36,147 bases of DNA, from NCBI GenBank assembly GCA_027858865.1, contig JAQIBW010000333.1, forward strand, positions 1 through 36,147. The letters are read 5' to 3'. Both the position numbers and the translations under genes were made by a program. Below the pieces are notes generated by a model. It saw only the letters and a list, made by a program, of their open reading frames with translations, was not told the DNA's origin and did not search any database. This document shows, piece after piece, positions 18,525 through 28,002 of the stretch (its first letter is position 1; every line of letters starts with the position of its first letter). The DNA comes from Sulfurimonas sp. Its GTDB lineage: Bacteria; Campylobacterota; Campylobacteria; Campylobacterales; Sulfurimonadaceae.

Positions 18525-19644
18525 TGTAAATATATTAGACTACACTCTACGAAGTTCACAGGGAAATACCTTAGAGACACTAGAATCTATTAAAAATACT
18601 AATGTTGATATCTCACGTAAAGAGGTATCAACTCTTAGTGAAACTATTACAATTCCCTACTTTCTTTTTAAGGATAAAATCCAAGAAGATACTAATGAAA
18701 TAAAACAGGCTATAAAAGAGCTTGTTGAAAGTATATCTACGAAGTTAACACCACAACAAAGAGCACAAACAGCTCTGCTTATTGGAACTTCACTTGTTGA
18801 CCAAAATATAGTTCAAGCCGTTGAAGATAGTGTTTATGGGTATAAGAAAAAGCCTTATGCTTCACATAAAAGAAGTATTGATTCTTTTGCAAGTGAAATA
18901 TCAAAAGAGTTAGAACTTAACCCTTTTACTATGACTATAAGTACAGCGTGTACCTCAAGCATAAACGCGGTCTTAGAAGCTCGAAATCTTATAAATAGTG
19001 GCGTTGTAGAGTACGCTATTGTCATTGGTGTTGAGATATTTTCACAGATGATGAGTGATGGTTTCAGTTCTATGAAACTACTATCTAGTAGTCTTCAAAG
19101 ACCCTTTGATGTAACAAGAGATGGATTGGTATTAGGTGAGGCTATTGCTGGAGTCCTCATTGGTAAAGATAGTTCAAAGTGGTCACTAAAAGGTGGTTAC
19201 TCAAACTGTAATTCTTTAAATATCACCTCGGTAAGTCCTAGTGGTAAAGAGTATGCAGAGGTTATGAATAAGGCAATGAGTCTTGCTGATGTAGCTGTAG
19301 AAGATATTACAATGCTTAAAGCTCATGCAACAAGTACACATACAAATGATATGTCAGAAATAAATGCTATCAAAAAAGTATTTGCATCTGATCTGACTTT
19401 TAGTGTACTCAAGCCTTATGTTGGTCATACTCTTGGAGCATGTGGTGTTTTAGAGTTAGCTATATTTATGTCTTGTATAGATGATGGTTTTATTCCTAAA
19501 ACACTTAACCACAAAGAGTCAATCATAAAAGAGTACACACCACTTCAAGAGCATAAAGAGTGCAAGTCTGGAGTTTTCATGTTAAACTATTTTGGTTTTG
19601 GTGGTAACAATACTTCTGTAATTATTCAAAAAGAGTCTTTATGA
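18517..19644 (+). CDS. Beta-ketoacyl-ACP synthase (second KS)
   Basis: TACTSS, KAHATST, GHTLG and NYFGFGGNN motifs. Confidence 0.9.
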   Translation: MHSVNILDYTLRSSQGNTLETLESIKNTNVDISRKEVSTLSETITIPYFLFKDKIQEDTNEIKQAIKELVESISTKLTPQQRAQTALLIGTSLVDQNIVQAVEDSVYGYKKKPYASHKRSIDSFASEISKELELNPFTMTISTACTSSINAVLEARNLINSGVVEYAIVIGVEIFSQMMSDGFSSMKLLSSSLQRPFDVTRDGLVLGEAIAGVLIGKDSSKWSLKGGYSNCNSLNITSVSPSGKEYAEVMNKAMSLADVAVEDITMLKAHATSTHTNDMSEINAIKKVFASDLTFSVLKPYVGHTLGACGVLELAIFMSCIDDGFIPKTLNHKESIIKEYTPLQEHKECKSGVFMLNYFGFGGNNTSVIIQKESL

Positions 19645-20444
19645 AACTATATGTAAAAGCCTTAAGCTCTTATAGAGGGGATGTAGATGCTTCTACAATT
19701 AAAAAAGAGCTAAAGAGTAAGTATAAACTTGATACACGCCGACAAGACACTTTTATACATTTAGCCGTATATGGTGCTCAGTTGTTAAAAGATGAAATAG
19801 CTATTGATTGTTGTGATGAACTCTACATAACAAGTGGCGTTGGTAATATTGACGTTTTACAAAAAACTAACAAATATGTATATCATGAAAAAGATTTTAT
19901 TAAACCTTTTGATTTTATCAATATGTTAGGAAATACCACTAGTTATTATGTTGCAAACTCTTTAGGTATACAAGATAAAAATACTTTCCAGATTTCAAAT
20001 AATTTTACTTTTATAAATACACTTATTTCAATTTTTGCATCATTAAGTGTCTCTAAAAATGAAGCTATATTAGGTTCAGTTGACTTATGTACAAATCCAA
20101 AAGAAGTGATTAAAAGAGTCTTAGGTCTAGATGAAGAGGTAGATGTGATTAGTAGTGTTAATTATCAAAAAATTTCACTCTCTTGTTCTGATGCTATTGG
20201 TGAAATTGAGTTTGATGCAAAGATATACTCTTTAGACGAGGTGCAAAAATTTCTAAAAAGTACAGATTTAGAAGTAATGGCATCTCTAAGATGTAAAGAT
20301 TTAGAGTGTTCAAAAGATAGTCAGTTTTTTGAGACAATGCCCAGCTTTTATCTGAACAAAACTCTCAAAAAGAAAGGAAGTTTAATCTATATAGACTGTT
20401 TTGAAAATAGTTATAAAATAATAAAAATCATTAGTTTAGTATAG
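19641..20444 (+). CDS. Non-catalytic KS partner / chain-length-factor-like protein
   Basis: DTRRQDTFIHLAVYGA and IKPFDFINMLGNTTSYYVA parallel the CLF motifs RRxxR and SPxxFxNSV; ATGA overlap with the KS. Confidence 0.65.
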   Translation: MKLYVKALSSYRGDVDASTIKKELKSKYKLDTRRQDTFIHLAVYGAQLLKDEIAIDCCDELYITSGVGNIDVLQKTNKYVYHEKDFIKPFDFINMLGNTTSYYVANSLGIQDKNTFQISNNFTFINTLISIFASLSVSKNEAILGSVDLCTNPKEVIKRVLGLDEEVDVISSVNYQKISLSCSDAIGEIEFDAKIYSLDEVQKFLKSTDLEVMASLRCKDLECSKDSQFFETMPSFYLNKTLKKKGSLIYIDCFENSYKIIKIISLV

Positions 20445-20461
20445 CTTAACCAAAATTTTAA

Positions 20462-20489
20462 TATAATCTTAAATTGAATTACACAGGAG
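20462..20489 (+). promoter_or_regulatory. Putative internal promoter and SD upstream of the halogenase-like gene
   Basis: TATAAT at 20462-20467 and AGGAG at 20485-20489 in a 50-bp intergenic gap. Confidence 0.4.
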
Positions 20490-20494
20490 TAATT

Positions 20495-21709
20495 ATGAAA
20501 GAAGTAGATGTATTTATCATAGGGGCAGGTCCTGCTGGGTCTATCGCTGGTGCAAAACTGGTACAAGACGGTTTTAGTGTTAAGGTTGTTGATAAGCTAA
20601 AAATGCCAAGATTTGTGATAGGGGAATCTCTTCTTCCAAGATGTAATGAACTTTTAGAAGATGCAAATATGCTTAATGTTATTCAAGAAGCAGGTTTTCA
20701 GTTTAAGGGTGGAGTAGCGTTTAAAAGTGATAAAGGTGACTTTAGTGCACTTGACTTCTCAAAAAATTTAGGTCAGAAATGGGGAAGCTCTTTTCAGGTT
20801 AAACGCGAAGTTTTTGACAAACTTCTCATAGATGATGCTCAGAAAAAAGGCTGTGATGTTGAGTACGAAGTAGAAGTTGTAGCTTATGATGAAAATGAAA
20901 ATATCATTACAGTTAAAAACTTAGATGGTAGTGAAGACACTTATAAGGCTAAGAAAGTTTTAGATGCTTCAGGATATGGTCGTGTTCTACCGCGTTTACT
21001 AAACTTAGAAGCTGCTTCTCATCTTGCCCTTCGTCGCGCAACTTTTGCACGTGTAGATAAAGATAAACGCCCAGAAGGTGAACAAAATGGTTATATCTTT
21101 GTAGATATAGTTGGTGATAATGAAGCTTGGATTTGGAATATTCCATTTTCAGATGGAACTACTTCTGTTGGTGTAGTGTGTACTGAGGAGTACTTTACTA
21201 AGTTAAATATGAGTGATGATGAGTTTTGGAAACACATTATTTTCAACAATCCATCGGCATCAAAAAGATATGCTGATTCTAAATTAATAGTAGATGTAAA
21301 CTCTCTAAGTGGATACTCTTCAGCAGTTACAAAACTTTATGACAAAAATTTTATCTTAACAGGAAACGCATCAGAATTCCTAGACCCAGTTTTCTCTTCT
21401 GGTGTAACACTTGCATTAGAATCAGGGTCAAAAGCAGCTGAACTAACTTCAAGAGAGTTAAAAGGTGAAACAGTTGATTATAAAGTAGAATATGAAGATT
21501 ATATGATGCTTGGTATAGATGTATTTAGAGACTATGTAAATGCTTGGTATGATGGATCATTACAAACTATACTTTTCTCAGAGAAGAAAAATCCTGAAAT
21601 CACGAAAAAAATTGTATCTATTTTAAGTGGTTATGTTTGGGATAAAGAAAATAGTTTTGTTACTTCTTCAAAATATGCTCTTGAAAAAACATACGAGATT
21701 CTTAAGTAA
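20495..21709 (+). CDS. Flavin-dependent halogenase-like FAD oxidoreductase
   Basis: GAGPAG, PRFVIGESLLP, GFQFKGG (conserved Lys), WIWNIP (WxWxIP), FLDPVFSSGV. Start set at ATG 20495 after AGGAG. Confidence 0.82.
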   Translation: MKEVDVFIIGAGPAGSIAGAKLVQDGFSVKVVDKLKMPRFVIGESLLPRCNELLEDANMLNVIQEAGFQFKGGVAFKSDKGDFSALDFSKNLGQKWGSSFQVKREVFDKLLIDDAQKKGCDVEYEVEVVAYDENENIITVKNLDGSEDTYKAKKVLDASGYGRVLPRLLNLEAASHLALRRATFARVDKDKRPEGEQNGYIFVDIVGDNEAWIWNIPFSDGTTSVGVVCTEEYFTKLNMSDDEFWKHIIFNNPSASKRYADSKLIVDVNSLSGYSSAVTKLYDKNFILTGNASEFLDPVFSSGVTLALESGSKAAELTSRELKGETVDYKVEYEDYMMLGIDVFRDYVNAWYDGSLQTILFSEKKNPEITKKIVSILSGYVWDKENSFVTSSKYALEKTYEILK

Positions 21710-22188
21710 TGATTCTAAAAGTTTTTCTTTCTCTACTTTTTGCAAGCTCCGTGTTTGCGCAGAGTTATAACTTTACAGAACTGAGATATAGCGATGCTAT
21801 AGATCGATATACGCAGTTAGAGGGAAAGATAAGCTTTCACAAAGATGGGCTGAATATTTCATATCCAAAGAGTGCTAGAGAACTTAACTACAAAGATGAC
21901 ACCCTAGTCTATTATGAAAATGGCAAAAAAGTATCACTTCCTGATATGCAAGTTAGTAAAATGATACAGTATTTTAACATCCTCTCACTACTTCACAATG
22001 GTGATGAAAGTGAATTAGCAGATATGTTTGAAATAGAAAATCAAGCTAATAAAAAAATATTAAAACCGCTTGGTGCTATAAAGAACTACATAAACTATAT
22101 CGAACTTCGTAAAGAAGATACTAGACTTCAATACATAAAACTTTTTTTAAAAAATAACGACACTATAAGTATCAATATTAATGATTAA
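21709..22188 (+). CDS. Exported LolA-like carrier protein (ApeL-like)
   Basis: Signal peptide (VFA-Q) and a beta-strand-rich pattern (FTELRY...LEGKISF...ISYP); lies directly before the MMPL exporter as in APE clusters. Confidence 0.55.
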   Translation: MILKVFLSLLFASSVFAQSYNFTELRYSDAIDRYTQLEGKISFHKDGLNISYPKSARELNYKDDTLVYYENGKKVSLPDMQVSKMIQYFNILSLLHNGDESELADMFEIENQANKKILKPLGAIKNYINYIELRKEDTRLQYIKLFLKNNDTISININD

Positions 22189-24295
22189 ATACGCTAATTT
22201 TATAATACTATTTATTCTTTTAAGTGTAGGTCTCCTACTCAAAGACAATATCCATATATCTACAAATCTACTCTCTCTATTTGCGACAAAAGAGAGTGTT
22301 GAGAAACTCAACATCGCTAATAATTTGGGTTACTCTAAAGAGATGCTAATAGCAGTCAAAGGCTTTGACAAAAGAGCTAAAGAAGAAGTTCGTCAAATCT
22401 CTAAAGAACTCAAAAAACTCAAATACATCAACTTTGTGCAATCAAGTATAGTACCAACACAGGAAATACAAGAGTATTATAAAAAATACTACCCAATACT
22501 TGCTACATTTGATGATGCAAACATCACACAAGAGCAGGTTTCACAAAAGCTACAAGCACTTTATGATGCACAACTTTCTAGTGTTTTTTACTCAAGTATA
22601 AATAAAAACGACCCCTTATCTCTTTTTGAGTTACAAAATATTAAACGAACAGGTATATCAAATAAAGGTGAGTTCATTGCATTAGGCGAGTATGGACTAT
22701 TGGTCCGTGTGATGACAGATATCTCACCATCACAAATGAATGAGGCTAAAGAGCTATATAGGGATGTGCATACTCTATTGAGTAAGTACCCAGAAGTAGT
22801 GGCTTTTGCACCATTTTTTTATACAGTTGAAAACTCAACAAAAATTCAAGAAGATGTGCAGTGGATAATCATCTTATCTACAGTGGTTTTACTTCTGATT
22901 TATTATCTTCTTATAAAAAATATTAGACTTCTTTCTCAGACAGTTATAGCACTCTTTTCTTCAATGGTATTTGCAAGTTTAGTAAGTACAATGTTTATTG
23001 AAAATTTTAATATTTTATCTTTGGCGTTTGGAATGAGCTTAACAGCTGTAAGTATAGACTATTTGCTGCATTATCATTTTCATAACTTTTATGCGACATC
23101 TCAAAAGATTGACAAAAATGTACTCTATGGTTATCTCACAACCGTAATAGCATTTGGAATTTTCTCTTTTATTCCTATTCCTCTAATCGCTCAGATTAGC
23201 TCTTTTGCTGTTTTATCACTATCATTTGCTTATGTTCTTTTTACCTTTGTGTTTCCCCTTTTAGGTCTGAAAAAATATGAAGAAGTAAGAAAAGTAGAGT
23301 CTGAAAAACGAGAGAAAAAAGTTCCTGCACTTCTCTTTTTTGTACTCTCTTTAGCTCTGTTTACATACAGTGCATTTAACTTTAAACTCGATAGCAATAT
23401 CAGAAATCTAGACTATCAAAATCTACACCTACTCAAAGCAGAAAAACTCTTTAAAAGTAATAGTGGAGCAAAAATGACTCCTGTCATTGTCCAAGCTTCA
23501 ACACAAGAAAAATTGATAGAGGAATTACATGCACTAAAAATTCTACTACCTGATACATTCTCTTTAGCCACTTTTGTTAAAGATAAACAGAGTTGTAAAA
23601 CAAGACAAGAAGAGTTAAAGACTTATGATTTTAAGAGACTAAATAGACTCATAAATGAAGAGGCATCAAAGATTGGTTTTAAAGATGCTTACTTTAAAGA
23701 TGCTTATAGTTTTGTCTCTCCTTTAGCTTCTTGTGATGTAAAAGAGTTAGATGTTTTTAAAACTTATGGACTCTCTCTTTACCATGATGAAAATATATAC
23801 TACACTATGGCACTTGTAAGTGATGTCAAAAAGATACAAAAGCTACCCTTTATCACTAATATCAACGTAAAAGAGATGTTTAATAAGTCTGCACAGAAGA
23901 TGTACAGTGATCTTTTATACTTCGGTGCGATGGTTCTCATCATCATTTTTGTTTTACTTCTAGTTAGTGTAAGAGCACGATTTATCTATGCTATAAACTA
24001 TATACTTTTTCCTTTAAGTTTTACGGTGGCTATTCTTGTGAGTCTAGATGCTATAAATATTATGCATCTCTTCTCTCTCATAATCCTTATAGCCATAGGA
24101 ATTGACTACGGCATCTATATGAGCAACTCTAAGAAACCAAGTAACACAATGTTAGCGATTAAGTATTCACTTCTAAGCACTGTTGCTGCGTTTGGTGTAC
24201 TTATTTTTAGTACTATTGTAGCTCTAAATTCTATTGGGGTTGTGATTACTTTAGGCTGTGGTGCAATATTTATACTAATTAAAGCGATGCGATGA
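22181..24295 (+). CDS. MMPL/RND-family exporter (ApeM-like)
   Basis: Two repeats, each with TM bundles; SIDYLLHY and IGIDYGIY motifs; ISTNLLSLF N-terminal motif. Confidence 0.85.
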   Translation: MIKYANFIILFILLSVGLLLKDNIHISTNLLSLFATKESVEKLNIANNLGYSKEMLIAVKGFDKRAKEEVRQISKELKKLKYINFVQSSIVPTQEIQEYYKKYYPILATFDDANITQEQVSQKLQALYDAQLSSVFYSSINKNDPLSLFELQNIKRTGISNKGEFIALGEYGLLVRVMTDISPSQMNEAKELYRDVHTLLSKYPEVVAFAPFFYTVENSTKIQEDVQWIIILSTVVLLLIYYLLIKNIRLLSQTVIALFSSMVFASLVSTMFIENFNILSLAFGMSLTAVSIDYLLHYHFHNFYATSQKIDKNVLYGYLTTVIAFGIFSFIPIPLIAQISSFAVLSLSFAYVLFTFVFPLLGLKKYEEVRKVESEKREKKVPALLFFVLSLALFTYSAFNFKLDSNIRNLDYQNLHLLKAEKLFKSNSGAKMTPVIVQASTQEKLIEELHALKILLPDTFSLATFVKDKQSCKTRQEELKTYDFKRLNRLINEEASKIGFKDAYFKDAYSFVSPLASCDVKELDVFKTYGLSLYHDENIYYTMALVSDVKKIQKLPFITNINVKEMFNKSAQKMYSDLLYFGAMVLIIIFVLLLVSVRARFIYAINYILFPLSFTVAILVSLDAINIMHLFSLIILIAIGIDYGIYMSNSKKPSNTMLAIKYSLLSTVAAFGVLIFSTIVALNSIGVVITLGCGAIFILIKAMR

Positions 24296-25482
24296 TTTTA
24301 GAATATATACATTTAAATGCAAGTAGAGAAATAATTGACCTAGAAAAAACTACATCTATCACTTCTGGGTGGGATTATATACAAACTAGTAACAAGTTAG
24401 ATTTTATTAAGTCTTTTATACCTAAGTACTTAAGCTCTCAAAAGATTGTACTATTTGATGCAAATCATAAACAGCTACTAGACTTTTACAATAACAATAA
24501 TATTAATAACTTAGTAGGTATAGATAAAGCAAACGAGTCTTCTAAAATACTCTTCTTTACATCAGGAAGTAGTGGTTTTCCAATCGGTGCTTTTAAGTCA
24601 AATGACAACTTACTTTTAGAAGTACAAAGCCTTAAAAAAGTTGTAGTTACCCGAGATATAAAAAGAGTAGTAGTAAGTGTTCCTTTTGTACATATTTATG
24701 GTATTTTAGCTGGATTATTACTTCCTATAGAGCTAGGAAATATTACCCTTGTTGTTAAAGAAGATTTCTTACCCTATGAGCTTTTAGAAGAGGCTCAAAA
24801 AGAAGATACTCTTGTTATCACTACTCCTGTTTTCATTAAGGCATTAGCAAAATTACCAGAAAGTAAAGACCTCTCTTGTTCACTGTTTGTATCTTCAACA
24901 GCTCCTCTATCTTTAGATGATGTAGCAAGTTTTGAAGATAAGTATTCATCGAGTGTTGTACAACTCTTTGGCTCAACTGAAACAGGAGGCATAGCTTATA
25001 AACGAGGACGTGGAGCTGAGTGGAACGCCTTATCTGGAGTAGAGATTGACAGTAGTGATGGCAAACTAAGCGTAACATCTCCTTTTATATCTAACTACCT
25101 TCTAAACACAGAAGTAATGGAGCTAAAACAGCCTTATATAACAGAAGATATAGTAGAGATACACAATAATACTTTTACCCTTATAGGTCGAAGTAACAAA
25201 CTCATTAAGATTGCAGGTAAACGGATATCAGCTACTCAGATAGAAAATATTTTAGAAGAGATACCTGAAATAAACAGAGCTATTATTGAGCTAGTATACA
25301 AAAAAGAGTTACTCAGAAGTGAGCAAATTATCATTACTATTGAAGCAGTAAACAAGGTGGATAAACGGATAATAAAAGATAAAATAAGTCAATACTATGG
25401 TATTATAACAATACCATTTAATCTTAAATATGTAGATAAGATTAATTATTCAGCAATGGGTAAGAAAGTAATATTTAAATAA
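24292..25482 (+). CDS. AMP-binding acyl/aryl-ACP(CoA) ligase (ApeH-like)
   Basis: FTSGSSGFP, HIYG, FGSTETGG, TED, GRSNKLIKIAGKRIS and MGK adenylation motifs. Confidence 0.88.
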   Translation: MILEYIHLNASREIIDLEKTTSITSGWDYIQTSNKLDFIKSFIPKYLSSQKIVLFDANHKQLLDFYNNNNINNLVGIDKANESSKILFFTSGSSGFPIGAFKSNDNLLLEVQSLKKVVVTRDIKRVVVSVPFVHIYGILAGLLLPIELGNITLVVKEDFLPYELLEEAQKEDTLVITTPVFIKALAKLPESKDLSCSLFVSSTAPLSLDDVASFEDKYSSSVVQLFGSTETGGIAYKRGRGAEWNALSGVEIDSSDGKLSVTSPFISNYLLNTEVMELKQPYITEDIVEIHNNTFTLIGRSNKLIKIAGKRISATQIENILEEIPEINRAIIELVYKKELLRSEQIIITIEAVNKVDKRIIKDKISQYYGIITIPFNLKYVDKINYSAMGKKVIFK

Positions 25483-25500
25483 AAAAAGGACATAAAAATA

Positions 25501-25758
25501 ATGATAAAAATTGATGAAGTAAAGACTAAAATAATTGAAGGCTTAAACCTTGAAGACATCTCCATAGAAGAGTTAGAAGACGATATGGCACTTTTTGGTG
25601 ACGAAGGTTTAGGACTTGATTCTGTTGATGCTATTGAGTTAACACTTATTTTAGAAAAAGAGTTTGGTGTAAAAATTACAAATATGGCTGAAGCTGAAAA
25701 TATATTTGCATCATCTTTGTCTTTAACTCAATACATAAATGATGAAAAAAATAGTTAA
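25501..25758 (+). CDS. Acyl carrier protein 2 (ApeE-like)
   Basis: LNLED...LFGDEGLGLDSVDAIEL motif. Confidence 0.93.
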   Translation: MIKIDEVKTKIIEGLNLEDISIEELEDDMALFGDEGLGLDSVDAIELTLILEKEFGVKITNMAEAENIFASSLSLTQYINDEKNS

Positions 25759-25763
25759 AAATA

Positions 25764-26117
25764 ATGACTGAAATTAAACTTCCACACCTTGCACCGATAA
25801 AGTTTGCAAAGTTTACCCTAGATAAAGATGAAAAGAGTGCAAGAGTTCTTATAGAATTTGAGCAGATACCAACGCTTCCTATGTTGGTTGAAGCTGCTGC
25901 GCAGAGTAGTGCTTCTTTTAGAATAGATGATAAAGAGAATGCTTTTTTAGTAAGCTTAAAAGGTATAAATCTTTTACAAAAACCTACAAAGATGAGTCTT
26001 GTTGTGCATGCAAGAGATGAACATCGTCTTGATAAAATGAGATATGTTGGTTTTGACATTTTTGAAGATGAAGTAACTTGTGTGGCTAGTGGAACACTTG
26101 TAATCGCGGTTCAGTAA
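25764..26117 (+). CDS. Hotdog-fold dehydratase partner (ApeP-like)
   Basis: LPHLAP, LVEAAAQS and FLVSLK motifs of the FabZ-like hotdog fold. Confidence 0.75.
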   Translation: MTEIKLPHLAPIKFAKFTLDKDEKSARVLIEFEQIPTLPMLVEAAAQSSASFRIDDKENAFLVSLKGINLLQKPTKMSLVVHARDEHRLDKMRYVGFDIFEDEVTCVASGTLVIAVQ

Positions 26118-27707
26118 ATGAAATATGACACTATTGTAATTGGTTCAGGAGCAGGAGGATTATCTTCTGCTTTATGTCTCGCAAGAGAAGGGCAAAAAGT
26201 ACTTATTTTAGAACAGCACTATCTTGCTGGCGGCTGGTGTCATAGTTTTTCCAGTCATGGAAGTAAGTTTACTCCTGGCGTTCACTATATAGGTCTTCTT
26301 GCAGAGAACGAATCATCAAACAACTTATATAGAGGTCTTGGAATAGCTAATGACTTGACATTTTTTAGAATGAATCCAAAAGGCTATGAGCACTGTTGGA
26401 TTGGTGAAGAGAGATTTGATATTCCTGCTGGATTTGATGCGTTTAAAGAAGCACTTATAAAGAGATTTCCTCACGAAAAAAAGGGTATAAATAGATACTT
26501 AAACACAGTTAGTGATGTAAGTAAACAGTTACAACTCATTCCAAAAATGAACGGATTTTGGGATAAAATCACAATTCCTTGGCGAACTCGTCACTTAGGA
26601 AAATATGGTCTATTCTCTCTTAAACGAGTTATTAACTGGCATGTGAAAGACCCCCTACTCCAAAAAATACTTAATGTTCAGTGTGGAGATCATGGTCTTC
26701 CTCCAGAACAAGCGAGTTTTCCTCTTCATGCTGCTGTAATGGAACACTACTTAAGTGGTGGTTACTATCCTAAGGGTGGTGGTGCTTCTATAGTAAATGC
26801 TATGATAAAAGCTATTGAAAGTAACGATGGTGAAATTCGCACAAAGCAGAGAGTAAAACAGATTTTACTTGATGATAGTGAGGAGAAGTCTGCTATTGGT
26901 GTTGAACTTACAAGTGGTGAAAAAATTTATGCTACAAATATTATCTCAAATGCAGATCCAAAAAAGACTTACCATGATTTAGTAGGAAAAGAGCATTTAA
27001 GTGAGCAGTTAAATGCGAAGCTCGAGAAGAGTAAATACTCATGTACATCTCTAATGCTTTTTTTAACAGTAGATATGGATGTCGAAGCGGCTGGACTTGA
27101 CTCTGGTAATATCTGGATAATGCCAAATCGAGATATGGATGATGTTTATGCAGATATGATGCGTTCAGATATAGAAACTGGTGAGTATTTTTCAGGTCTT
27201 TTTATAAGCTGTACTACACTTAAAGACCCATCTAGTTTTGATGGTAAAAACCACACTCTTGAAGTCCTTACATACATCAACTATGATGCGTTTAGAGAGT
27301 TTGAAGATGAAGTAAAAAAACGCTCAGCAAAATACTTAGCATTTAAAGAAAAACTGATGGATAAGATGCTCAATACTCTAAACAGAGCCATTCCAAATAT
27401 TAAAGAGTGTGTTGTTCATAAAGATTTAGGAACACCCTTAACAAATGAGTATTTCATCAACGCCACTGAGGGTAGCGTTTATGGTACTCAAAAAACTCTT
27501 AATCAAATAGGGCCTAATGCGTTTAGAGCTGTAAGTGAAGTGAAAAATCTTTACCTTTGTGGAGCAAGTATCTTAGCACATGGTGTAACTGGTGCTACTT
27601 ACTCTGGTGTTGATACTGCGGCTAGAATCTTAGGTTGCAGACAAGAGGATTTAATTGAGCCAATAGAGGGTCAAAAATTGAAAATAATAGATATTAAAAA
27701 GGCTTAA
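26118..27707 (+). CDS. CrtI/RetSat-family (phytoene desaturase-like) FAD oxidoreductase 1
   Basis: GSGAGG, LEQHYLAGG...FTPGVHYIG, YPKGG, IISNAD, GTPLT...GSVYG, NLYLCG. Confidence 0.88.
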   Translation: MKYDTIVIGSGAGGLSSALCLAREGQKVLILEQHYLAGGWCHSFSSHGSKFTPGVHYIGLLAENESSNNLYRGLGIANDLTFFRMNPKGYEHCWIGEERFDIPAGFDAFKEALIKRFPHEKKGINRYLNTVSDVSKQLQLIPKMNGFWDKITIPWRTRHLGKYGLFSLKRVINWHVKDPLLQKILNVQCGDHGLPPEQASFPLHAAVMEHYLSGGYYPKGGGASIVNAMIKAIESNDGEIRTKQRVKQILLDDSEEKSAIGVELTSGEKIYATNIISNADPKKTYHDLVGKEHLSEQLNAKLEKSKYSCTSLMLFLTVDMDVEAAGLDSGNIWIMPNRDMDDVYADMMRSDIETGEYFSGLFISCTTLKDPSSFDGKNHTLEVLTYINYDAFREFEDEVKKRSAKYLAFKEKLMDKMLNTLNRAIPNIKECVVHKDLGTPLTNEYFINATEGSVYGTQKTLNQIGPNAFRAVSEVKNLYLCGASILAHGVTGATYSGVDTAARILGCRQEDLIEPIEGQKLKIIDIKKA

Positions 27708-27711
27708 AAAT

Positions 27712-28002
27712 ATGTTTGATGGTTTATATGAAGTTATCTCAAAAAATGAAGATGAAGCAGTGATAAAATTAACAGATAAAAAACATCCTATTTTTAAAGC
27801 GCACTTTCCAAGACATCCAATCCTACCAGGATTTATTCACTTTGAAATTGTTGCAGATGTTTTTAATCTTGAGATACAAAGTATTAAAAAAGCAAAATTT
27901 ATGAGTCTTGTAACTCCCAAACAGACTTTAAAATATAAAAAAAATGCTAATAAATTTAGTGTTCTTTGTGAAGATAAAGAAGTAGCAAGTTTCAGTTTAT
28001 GA
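27712..28002 (+). CDS. 3-hydroxyacyl-ACP dehydratase (FabZ/ApeI-like)
   Basis: HPIFKAHFPRHPILPG catalytic His motif; KKAKF...V.P. Confidence 0.85.
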   Translation: MFDGLYEVISKNEDEAVIKLTDKKHPIFKAHFPRHPILPGFIHFEIVADVFNLEIQSIKKAKFMSLVTPKQTLKYKKNANKFSVLCEDKEVASFSL

